In this document: piece by piece, positions 10,059-20,957 of the stretch
Position numbering within the stretch: position 1 is the first letter of the stretch
How the letters are laid out: each line of letters starts with the position of its first letter
Source: Epithemia pelagica
Lineage: Eukaryota; Protista; Bacillariophyta
Reading direction: 5' to 3'
Length of the DNA stretch: 64,000 nucleotides
Assembly: GCA_946965045.2 (NCBI GenBank)
Contig: OX337231.1
Span: 248,001-312,000, forward strand
Made by a program: the position numbers and the translations under genes
Notes under the pieces: generated by a model
Seen by the model: only the letters and a program-made list of their open reading frames with translations
Told to the model about the DNA's origin: nothing
The model's database searches: none

Positions 10059-10404
10059 CCCAGCTTTATGGGAGTATGCGACGTTTTGTCGGTTGTGACA
10101 CAGTGTATGTGCCATGTTGCGTATTTCCCATGAAATGCTTCATTACATTGTCCCAGAACCAAATCTTTCATTAGGGACCACGTAGATTGTTGACACCTGC
10201 GCACAGACAATGAAGGACAAGGATGAATTTCCAATCTACTGGTAAATCAAAAGTCTCCTATTCGACGTGACTGTTGATCTCATGTCTTCTTTTAAAATCT
10301 GTTTACTAATTTTATGACTTTGCTTAATTTCTGGCCACCTTGATGGATTTGGATATGGTGATGCGTTGAATAGGAGGGGCCGAGGAACATGCACATAATG
10401 TAGA
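10059..10404 (+). repeat. Diverged direct repeat, copy A (partner at 12880-13162); degenerate coding-like sequence
   Basis: Shared blocks include acaatgaaggaca..., atctactgg(t/c)aaatcaaaagtct and ggaggggccgaggaacatgcaca. Copy A has about 60 bp extra. Confidence 0.85.
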
Positions 10405-11490
10405 GTATAATGAAGAGAAGAAAGAAGATCCGAGTTGGCAGATTTCGGGAAGAAATGGAATGGTGATGATGTGTGTCCCTTTGTGCCGCACATTTCAGCG
10501 CACAACCAATCCCTCGCCAACAAATGAAATCAAACTACCTCCTGCAGCTCAAGCGAGCCAATGTCGTTCGCGCCACGGGCCGGTCGAGGTAAACCTCTCT
10601 GGTCGAAAGCATTCTTGGGACATGTGTCACCGGCGTTCACCGCGGGGCTGCCTTCGAGGAGGGCATGCGTGGGATCCTGCAGAGGACCCAACATTACTTC
10701 TGCGACGGATGCGACGACAACATCAGTGGTTGTTGTCGGACAGGATGATTCGGTGACGAATAAGTTGTACCCCAGAGACGTGAACACGGCAATGCTCTGC
10801 AAGGCACAGTTGATCGCGGTCGCAGGGTTGTTGACGATGATAGAACCCTGATATGTCACTTGACTGTTTCCTTCTGCAAACAATCCTGACCCCGACACCG
10901 TTGCGTCATTGTCAAACATGGTCGAGCAGCTGATAGCAACCGTAGATTGCGATGATCGTGATGGCGAGCTCGTGGCAATTCCTCCTCCAATGAAGGCGCT
11001 GTTCCCGCTAAACGTAGAGCTCGTGACGGTTCCGAATCCAATGAGTCGGACACCACCTCCTCTTCCATTGAGGGCCGAGTTTCCGCTTACCGTGATATCC
11101 GAAATCTCAAAACTCAACACCGTATAAATAGACAGGCCACCACCATTTTGAGAGGCAGAGTTGCCACTTACCACGGTTCCTCCAAACACGCGGAGAGGGG
11201 CAGCCCATGGACTTGTGTTTAGGTCACTGTACCACAAACCCCCACCACTACCTAAGCCACCGGTGCTTCCAGCAACGTTTTGAGTAATCCTGACATTTTC
11301 TAGGGTCAATGCGGAATTCTGAACAAAGAGACCACCGCCGAAATTTCTGGCATTATTCTGGCTGATGACACTTTCTCGGATCACAGCACTAGGCGAGCCT
11401 GATAACCCTGAACAGACTCCTCCACCAAAAAATGCTTCATTGTTGGTCACTGTAACCCTTGTTAGTGTGACGAACCAGTCGTAAATAATT

Positions 11491-11512
11491 CCCCCCCCCC
11501 CCCCCCCCCCCC
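11491..11512 (-). repeat. 22-nt G homopolymer within the coding sequence (W-G7)
   Basis: C x22 on the + strand, in frame as TGG followed by seven Gly codons. Confidence 0.9.
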
Positions 11513-11904
11513 AACGTCGATCCTGGTCACCATTATCGAATGGCAAAAACCCGTTGCTAACAACGAGATCCGAAATGTCCACTCGCGTTCCGACAACTTG
11601 AGGAGGCGTGACCCGGAGGACGCGAAATTTACCATGACCGTCCAGTGTCACGGGGCCCTGTGGTCCGTCACCAGAGATGGACATTCCTTTGTCCACCAAC
11701 AGCTCTCCACACGTGAGCGTTATAGTTTGACGGGAAAGACTTGGAGCAAAGCTCACTCTCCCACCATCAGCCACCACTTGCAAGCGCATCGAATGAAACC
11801 GTCGCCATAGTCGAAAAGATTTTGGACTACAACTTCCATTGGCGATGGTGTAATCAGGGTACAGGGCAGCTCACAAACTGGTATCGAGGGCATATCCGAC
11901 GTTG

Positions 11905-12180
11905 TGGGTGTCTCGGAAGGTGTAGCCGAAGGTGTCTCGGAAGGTGTGACCGAGGGTGTCTGGGATGGTGCAGCCGAAGGTTTCTCGGATGGTGTAGCCG
12001 ATGGTGTCTCAGATGGTGTAACCGATGGTGTCTCGGATGGTGTAGCGGAAGGTGTCTCGGATGGTGTTACCGAAGGTGTCTCGGATGGTGTAGCCGTAGG
12101 TGTAGACGACGGTTTCTCTGATGGTGTAGCCGAGGGTGTCTCGGATGGTGCAGCCGAAGGTTTCTCGGATGGTGTAGCTG
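11905..12180 (-). repeat. About 11 copies of a 24-bp unit encoding TPSE(T/K)PS(A/V), a mucin-like stalk; adjacent GAT/GAC acidic tract at about 12200-12283
   Basis: Repeated cgaaggtgtctcggatggtgtagc-type units on the + strand. Confidence 0.9.
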
Positions 12181-12879
12181 AATTTCCTTTGCGTCCGTTG
12201 TCATCATCATCTTCATCGTCGTCCTCGTCGTCATCATCATCATCGTCATCCTCGTCGTCATCTTCGTCGTCGTCCTCTTCGTCCCTCTCAGAACTCGTCT
12301 TGCGACTGTTATGTTCGCTGGCACTGGAAATGGCCCGAACCATTCTCATCTTTCGGAGTCCTCGAACCTTACTTCCGACCATTAGCTGCTCGCTGCGATT
12401 GTTTGCGTCGTCGGGTAGACTGTGCGCCCATGTGACAAACATGGCGAGATTGAAAACGAACAACGCCACAAAGTTCCAAGTTTTCATCATTGTAGTAGTA
12501 CTTCGGATACCCTGGGCTCTCTCTGAAAATGCCACAAGTAAGTTAGTTTTTGACAAACGAGGCCAGAATAATAGCTGATGCCGTGTTGTTGCGAAAAGCA
12601 GCGGGGGTAATCACTAAAAAAATATGAGTGGCCGAGCCGGCAAGCTTTCGAGAGTCCAGTCCACATGCTCTACGTTCTATTTTTTGGATACTTAGGAACA
12701 GGATAAGTATACTTACAGAGTAGTTGGGCATTGGGAACCGCCAAGGCGGTCGAACCAGCAGACATAGAGAGGCATTAGCTACGCTACCCCTTCCTCTCTA
12801 GCTAGTCTATGGTACTCCTATGTCTCTCCTGCTGATATGCCAAGATCCTTACAACATACACACGAAACTGTCTCTTCTG

Positions 12880-13162
12880 CCCAGCATTGTGGGAGTAGGC
12901 GACGTTTTGCGGGTGTGTCACATTGTATTTGCCATGTTGCGCATCATATCATCTATCCCTACAATGAAGGACAAAGTACGAGTTTCCCATCTACTGGCAA
13001 ATCAAAAGTCTGTTGTACGACGTTACTGTTTATCTTCTGTCGTTCTTTTTTTAATCTCTTAATTAACTTCATTGCTTTGCTAAATTTCCTGGCCACATTG
13101 GTGGATTTGTGTAGGGCCACACCTTGAATTGGAGGGGCCGAGGAACATGCACAGACTGTAGA
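12880..13162 (+). repeat. Diverged direct repeat, copy B (partner at 10059-10404)
   Basis: Same shared blocks as copy A. The + frame reads EFPIYWQIKSLLYDVTVYLL here versus EFPIYW*IKSLLFDVTVDLM in copy A. Confidence 0.85.
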
Positions 13163-13368
13163 ACAGGACAAATCCAACAATGAAACCTTGGGGTGCATGT
13201 CATGACACCTGACTCGACAAAGAAATCCAACTTTAATAGCTCCAATCGTTGCGACAAGAATAAATCCGAACATTGCGGCTTTGTCTTTTCTTGACAAGCA
13301 ATCGCCTTGTTGCAATTCTCGTACGAAACAGTCCCATTTGCCGGATCGTCAGTTTCCGGACAGTTTCA

Positions 13369-16300
13369 TCAGCACTTCTTGTCAAAACTCTGAAACGGCC
13401 AGCATGAGAAGCACTGGTCCATATGTTCTTGCTGAAAACGATGTTCAAACAAGTGCTTCTTGGTATGATACGCTGCTCGCTTCAAATGCGCCTGTTGGAT
13501 TGGACAGTCCCATACCAGTTCTGTTCCCTGTGTCACATTTACGGGGAGGCGATTCGGTTCACTCGCCACACACGCCAAATGATGACGATCAGCAAATGGG
13601 TCAAAAAAGGCAGAAGCTCCATTCTCGCAGAACGAAGCCAAGGGAACTGTCCCGTTCTTGGTAGTTGTCTTGGAATCCCGATCTTTCTTGGAATAATTTG
13701 GCCCAACTTGACAGGCTGCAAGAGACAAAATCTGGGGCTGATCAACCAGAATGTGACAGGTAGCAGTGTCGCTCTCGCTACTTCTTGTACATCCGTTGAG
13801 CACAAAGCGCAACAGCGTCTGGATATTTGTCGCCACGGACGCAACAATCTTCATGAGACTTAACTGATATGGATTGACAATCAACCGGTGTACATTCTCT
13901 TCCAACAATAGATATGATCCACGATGGAAAACGTTTCCGGAATGTCTTTTCTCTCCATTTTTGAGGCCACCCAGAAACACACCTTTGCGAGGATGGAGCT
14001 GCAACGATTTCACAACGGATTTCACCTCCAATGTTGTTGACGGTATGTTGTGGACAGTTTCATCAAAGGCTAATCCTCCACCCACTCGTCGGCTTCCGAA
14101 ATTATCTTGACAGGTATGACTTTGACAGTATCGGTGTTGATCGATACGACAAGGGTACTGATAGGAAGCGAGAAAGGTTGGGGCGTCAAAGTAGAGGAAC
14201 GGGATTTGCATCGGGCTGTGCTGCTGTTCAATATGCTTGCCGCTATTGGTCTTGGGAGATGCCCGTCGTGCCAATCGAAGCGTCATGGAGGCCGCAGTGG
14301 TTAAGTCTTCTTGGCACCAATGACGGGGCATGGAATTCTTAAAGAAGATTCGAAAGGACCATGGGCCCATAAGCTGACCATGCGACTCACTATAACTTTT
14401 CATACGATGCATTCCATGCCCCTGCAAGATGAGAGTAAACTCGTCCACGTCGGTGGCGCGGTCTTTGCGCGTCAATCCCAATGAGGGTGTTCCATTCATA
14501 TTGGAGACTGGGCCTACTTGAGAAACCAAAATGCCACCCGAATTCAGTCCGTTTGTCAGCGCATAAAGAAGCTCATCGGTATACTCCATACCTAGATTCT
14601 CGATGACGCTTGAAAGTTCACTGAGAAGCAAAAAAGAATTTGTCAGACGTGGAGTCGCACATGTCAATAATTTCTCGACGAAAGGTGCCCTCCGACATGA
14701 AACTTACAGTGCGTCAAGAATTATGACATCAAATTTTTCGTAGCCATGTCCTTTTTTCGATGCATTTCGTCCATATCGTTCGACAAACCATGCAAATGCA
14801 TCTTCGACAAATAGTTTCACACGAGGATCATCGAAACAAGACGTAGAATTCGATGCCAAACAAGTTTTATCCTGTTGCATATCCCACAACTGCGTACAGT
14901 CATTCCATTCTCGGAGGTATTCTCTGGCCAGTTCAACCAGGGTACCATCCTGTTCGATCATGACCACTTCAGTTACTGTTGTCGAATGCTTCAAAACTTC
15001 CCGGAGTGTGGCACCTTCTCCTCCTCCCACAATGGCAATGCGTTGTGGAGCTGGGTGAGCTATCAACGCCGGTTGAACCAAAGCTTCATGGTACGCTTCA
15101 AGACCGTACAAAGAACTTCGCATAGCACCGTCAAGATAGAGCATTTTGTTGCTACCCCGGGCATTTGGGCGTCCCTGTGCGACAGAATAGGATGAGAAAG
15201 AAGAATGGGCATGGCGACTTAAGGGGGGCACAGTGGCCAATAATGATGCCTCATAAATTTGCACATGTTGAAAGGGCGTTTGAACATTGACAAGTAGCTT
15301 CTTTTCCTGATATCCCATCCAACCAAGCAAATAAGCTTCCAAACCAGCCGATTTATGACCTAGCTCAGCCGATACACGATCTTCCTTGTCTGCTGCGACA
15401 GTATGCGGTGCATGAGACTCGCGATGATCGGATATAGATGTCTGTTGCATTTTATAGTGCTGTCCTCGGAATCCTCGCTTCTTGTGCAGCCATCGCATGA
15501 CAGGAGGTGGTGAAGTCAACCAGTCCGTGTCATAGTTAGCATACTGCGAATAATTTGCCTGATCGCCGGTCGAACCCGTATGGTTGCTCTTGTTGTTGCC
15601 GTGGGCCTTGGTAGAAACGGCAAACAAATCCTGAATGAGGGGTACTAGGGGCAGCAAACTTTTCGAGCCACACGTGAATAAATCTAGGGACAGAATTCCA
15701 GCCGAAGGCCACGTATGCAAACTCAGATGCGATTCCAACAAGACCCCCATACACGAGACACCAGCACCAGCACCATTCCATTCATGACAATGATACGATA
15801 GGAGAGTCAGTTGAGACTGTTCAGTCAAGGCAATCATGGATTTTGCCAATTGCTCCATATCCGTCAGAAACTTTGGGGTAACATTGGAAATGTCAACCAA
15901 GAGGTGTTGTCCAGACGGTTCGTGCACCTCATCAAACAAATCCTCTTCCGCATCGTCTTCTTCGGTCATGTACTCGTCGTATTCATCCATATCAATTGTG
16001 CTGTGATCCAAATGGACGTTGACATGGTACTGACTTTGCATGGACAAAGAGGACCATGTTTCACTATTACTTGCCATATTGCCCAAAGACTCTGAACCTT
16101 GCAAGTGCGCTGCCCCTCCAAAAGAAACCGATTGCATGACAAAGGATTGACTGGTATAGACAGCTTTGGGAGGGCGTTTCCCTTCCGGCAGCTTGGGTAG
16201 AGGAAAGTTGCGAGGAGGCGACACAGAGTCGTTGTCCATGGGATCATGGTCTGGTGTAACCATGTCCTTGTTTTGGTCCTTATCATCCTGTTCCAAAATG

Positions 16301-19300
16301 ATTAGTTGTTCCATGGTGCTAGAACTCCTCTCGAACCACACCTCTTGGTGTTCTTGTACCGGTATGGAGTCTCCTATCGGAGCATGGGGGAAATGTTGCT
16401 GGTATTCTCGCTGCTGTTGTTGCCGTAGCTCCCACAAAAAGTGATCATACTCCATTTCCAAAATGGATCGACACATGAGGTACGGCAAGATTATCGCGGC
16501 CAACAGGTTTTTCCAAAACCGAGTGTACGACATGCGGAACTTAAAGTCACCTTCATCGTCCTCTTCTTTGTCAAAGGGAATGTGAACTCCGTCAACATCT
16601 GTATCATCTTCGTCGTCGTCGTCATCGTTGTACAAATCCACATCCTCCAAATGTTCCGAAATTACGGAACCATTCAAATGCGGCGGATCTTGTCCCATTG
16701 TTCTGGAAGTAGTTTCTTCCTCCATATCCGGTACCAAGGAACGTATTGGTGTTTCCTTTTCCTCAATTAGATCTTTCTTGTGTGGTTCTGCTTTAGAAGA
16801 CAACGAGGGTTTGGAGCCCTTGTTGTTATTCTTGGTCTTGTCGAGTGGTGCTTGACGACGGTCCTTGTGTTTGGACTTTGGGCTGTTGTGATCGAATCGC
16901 AAATCCACAAAATCGTCATCGTCGTCGCCTGCTTCTTGCAATAAAATGGAATCCACCAAGGATGGGGATGATTGGGAGGATGAATTTGCCTCCTTGACGT
17001 TCTTGTTGCTCGTTTTGGAATGGTTGTTATTGTTTGCTCCATCCGGCGAACGCAATCGACTACCCTTATTATTAGTATTCGCAATCTTGTTGTGGTTGGT
17101 GATGGTGGCTGTGGTTTGTTGATCCAGATGGGCAAACTTTTGGGTCAAGGATTTGGTTGTGGGAGTACCTTCGCTTCGCGGTCGCATGGACGATAGAGGC
17201 GTCTTGGGGGAGGACGACGACGATGACAGAACGGACGACGGAGACGTCATGGCCGATGCCGCGGCACCACGACGACGCAACAAGGATGATGGTGTATGAG
17301 GTCGTTTCTGAGAGCTGTTGTTCGTCGTAGTACTCGCTGTGGATCCGCCACTCCCGGGTGTTGGAATCCGAGTTTTACCAGTACTGGACGTTGTTGTTGT
17401 CGACTTGGTGGACGACGACACGGAGGCACTACCACGGGGCGTGGTTGTGGTGGTGGTGGTTGAAGAAATGGGACTCGTCAGGGGAGTACCCTCCAACTCG
17501 GCCGTTGGAGTCGCAGCAGCAATCGGTTCGGGTCCATGATACTCATAGGTGGTTTTGGGCAAGGGTCGAGCCTTGAACGGTGGTGGATCTAAGGAATGGG
17601 CATCCGGGGGATTGGGACGCAAATAGTTGAAGGAAGCATGAGGTGGATGGTATTCGTAGGTTGATTTGGGGACGGGACGAGCCTTGAACTGAGAAGGATC
17701 CGGCGGAGCCGGATAGGGAAATCCTCCAGAGCTGTTTGGGGATGCTAGAACGGCGGCCGTAGTTTCTTCCTTGATGACAAGAGCTTCGTCGTCAGTCTCT
17801 TTTTGGCTATCATCTTGTTGCTGCACCAAAATGACTTCTTCCTCTTCATTATTGCTACTACCGTCACGAGTTCGATTCGGGCGAGACTTGTCGTCGTCCT
17901 TATGATGGTCGCCATCCTTGGAGTGTGTCCATGTGGAAAACCAGGATTTTTGAAAGAGCGAGGACGAAGACGACGAGTTTCCCTCGGTCGTCTCTGACGG
18001 AAGAAATGGGTCATTTGCAGTCTCGTCTGTCTTTTTGGGATGCTGCGCCGACCGTGTCACGGACTCGCTCTTGTGGGAACGTTCCGTTGTTGTGGTGGAA
18101 TGAGTCGCAGGAGTCGTTGTTTGTGTTGGTGGAGTCGTTGGTGTTCGACGACGATGTCGTAAGGGACTGTTGCTAGTACTCGATATTGCTGTGGTGGAGG
18201 ACGCCGGACGTCCTCCTTGTCGTCGTTGTCGAGCGGGGGACCGAGATGGCGACAATTGTTCATTTTGTGCTGTACTGCGTCGTCCTCGTTGGGGTTGCAA
18301 GGGATATCGTCGAATGGGCAATTCCGATCCTTCCGATTTGTACCAAGAGGCGGACGAATAAATGGACATGTGACTGGTCGTATCATCATCGTCATCATTT
18401 TCTTCCTCCACGACGGTATCGGGTGGTCGTCGACGGGGATCTTGGTCGGATTCCATCATGATTCCATTATTCTGTGTATGTGGATAATGATGGGGTACGG
18501 CCGCATGGGCACTGGCAGTATCGTCCCACAAGACGGAAGGATGAGGATGATGGTTTTGGGGACTTGTCGTTGCTGGAGGTGTTCGAGCCATGACCAAATT
18601 TTGGGGAACCATTGCCGAAGGATGAGGCGATTGCGGACTGTTCATACCATGACTGCTGCTGCTGTAATTGCTGTTACTGCCCATGGTCGTACTGCACTTG
18701 ACCGAAGGTGGACCAAAATTGGGCATGGGTCGAGCCTTGAATGTCGTGGTTGTGGGTGGTACAATGCCCGAGGACGATGCCGCCGAAGCTCCCGATCGGT
18801 AGTGATACGAGGAGGATCGTGCCGACGAGGAAACCATGGAGGACTGGGTACTGCCTCCTCCAATACTGGCACTAGCACTGAGAACGACGGGAGAGGACGA
18901 CCACTCTTGTGGTTGTTCTTCCAGAGGAGACGCATGGTGTTGTTGTTGATGTTGAAGAGGGGAGGACCATCCTCCTCCTGTTCCCATGCGGGGACTGGGA
19001 ATGGCACTGGGCGACGACGCGGAATGGGCATGATGATAGGCAGCGGAGGAGTGATGTGTTGCCGGAGCATGATGATGAAAGGGAGGACTGCCGGTGCTGG
19101 TCGTACTGCCACTGGCCGCAAAGGACGGAATGGAACTGCTACTGTTGGCTGTTGCTGTCGGCGACGAGACATGACCTCGCAAGGGTGGATACACGTGTTT
19201 GGCCGTGTGGGCGGCGGTTGCTGTCGCGGCTTGAATGCGACGACGACGACGTTCCGTGGCCGTCAGGGGCGTGGGCAGCGAAGAGGACCACTGAGACGAC

Positions 19301-19338
19301 GACGACGAAGCCGGTGGAGGTATGTGGGACGAGGACAT
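13369..19338 (-). CDS. S-adenosylmethionine decarboxylase - aminopropyltransferase - degenerate SET fusion (candidate diatom long-chain polyamine synthase) with a low-complexity N-terminal extension of more than 1100 aa; intron 14621-14707
   Basis: AdoMetDC: GQHLLVD and GVLLESHLSLHTWP...LDLFTCG (intact ESH cleavage site). Spermidine-synthase fold: QTPFQ, LYLDG, YHEALVQP, IVGGGEGATLREVLKH and DVIILDA. The intron (CT|GTAAGT...CTGAC...CTCAG|T) joins in frame to ELSSVIENLG. SET remnant VTQGTELVWD. First ATG at 19338 (the tool's start is TTG). Confidence 0.88.
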
Positions 19339-20957
19339 GAATGTGAATTGGGGAGATGAGAGAGGTACTGACGAGCCGATGTCTATTTCCCCACAAAAAA
19401 GAGGAATGCGGATTGTCCAGGGTTCCTTTTCGTCCAAGAGGAATCACGAGACTAATGTTCCTGTTTTGCAAAGCCTGTGGTTGTAAAAAGAACCAAGTCA
19501 GAAGGTCAACTCTGTCTCTTTCGATGCCTTGAATTCTTGAAACAGTGTCCGGCTGCAAAACGTTTCTTGGGTTGGGAAACAGATGAGTTGCCTTCACTAT
19601 AGAATAGGTATCTAGTGGCGCCGACGTTGATTCCAGAAGGTATAGCAGAGGTAGCAAATGGAAAAAAGCCGGTATGGATCAATGAGAGTAATAGATCCGT
19701 CTTTGGTGGTTGTCGTTTGGTAGACTGGATTCACACACTCCAAACGATGGAGAATCTCCCCTCTTGTAAACGAGATTGATGGTCGGTGGATGGGGGTGCT
19801 TCTCGACACACACACAGACACTGGATGGAGGGAATCCAACCCACAAAAACTCTCTCTCGTTTTTTTCTTTTCTTCTTCTTCTTCCTTCTGTGACACAAAG
19901 AATTCAAGTGTGGTGGTGATGGTGGTGGTACGTGTACTGTTGTTTGGGTGTGGGTCGACAACAGGTATATTCTATCCAAGCATGCAATAGCAATGCGCCG
20001 TTTCCCTCTTTCTCTCTCGTTCGACGGTCCAATAAACGAATCAAGATGCCACCCACTGATATATAGTGGTTGCTAGGTAGGTCGATTGAATGTTCGGGAG
20101 AGCCAACCGTAGGGTCTTGTTTCTTGTTGTTGCTGTTTGGAACCAGACCACAACAGTTCCTTCCGTCTCGACAAAAATGAGACGACGACGACAACGAGGT
20201 GCGCCCATCGCCCACAAATTCCATTCCTTGCTGGTTCTGTGGATCTTTGTAGTACAGTTTCCGCTACAGTGACCTGTCACACCGGGCCATTCCTACTACA
20301 AGTACCCCATGGTCATCGTACTATTCTTTGAAAGTTCATAAACCTTCTTTCAACAGTCGAAACGCTGGAGAATCTACCCATGATAGGCTTTGGGGGGAAT
20401 GTAGCCTATCGTAAGGAGAAGATAAATCCATCTATAGAGATAAGGATGATTCTACCATTTCAACGACTACGCTCTAACGTTAAAGGTTTATGCCTTCCTT
20501 CTTTCATTGTATTGTATCTTTTGATCGGTGACTTAAACGCGACGCCATCACGCGAGGGGCTACTGCATGATTCTCCTCGATCCACCATTCACCGCACCTC
20601 AAGCGAGTAAATACACAGATCTATTATTACAACCAAAACAGACAACGGAGACAACAACAAGCTCGTCACGGAGAGGCAGGCAGCAACCATTCGGGAGAGA
20701 GGCTCCAACCATCACAACAACTCTCTCCAAGAGGGACGACGAGAAGCGGAAAACGCGAGGCGCTCGGTTCCTTGCTCTCTATTGTATCGTAGAGAGAGAG
20801 GTTTTGTTACTTGTTTCACTGCGGCTGCTAGTGCCCTTGGTGAGAACGAGAGAGAGACCTCGAGTGTGCGTGTTGGGTCATTTTTTCACTCCATTACACT
20901 TCTCTCTCGAGACGCAACACGTGCCAGACCCATTCAAGGCAGAGACAAGCAGCAATA

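Larger units (their letters stand above)
10530..12490 (-). pseudogene. Secreted right-handed beta-helix (polymorphic-membrane-protein-like) protein with choice-of-anchor-Q-like C-terminus; one frameshift near 11780-11800
   Basis: Signal peptide MMKTWNFVALFVFNLAMFVTWAHS, an Asp/Glu tract and TPSE(T/K)PS repeats. NLFDYGDGFIRCA continues one base off as LQVVADGGRVSFAPSL. Repeated GGG(I/L)...N..SxN motifs precede the C-terminal HALLEGSPAVNAG...DQRGLPRP...DIGSLE. Confidence 0.8.

Noticed and set aside
11905-12180. CRISPR-like array of 24-bp repeats
   Set aside because: There are no unique spacers; it is an in-frame coding tandem repeat in a eukaryotic gene.
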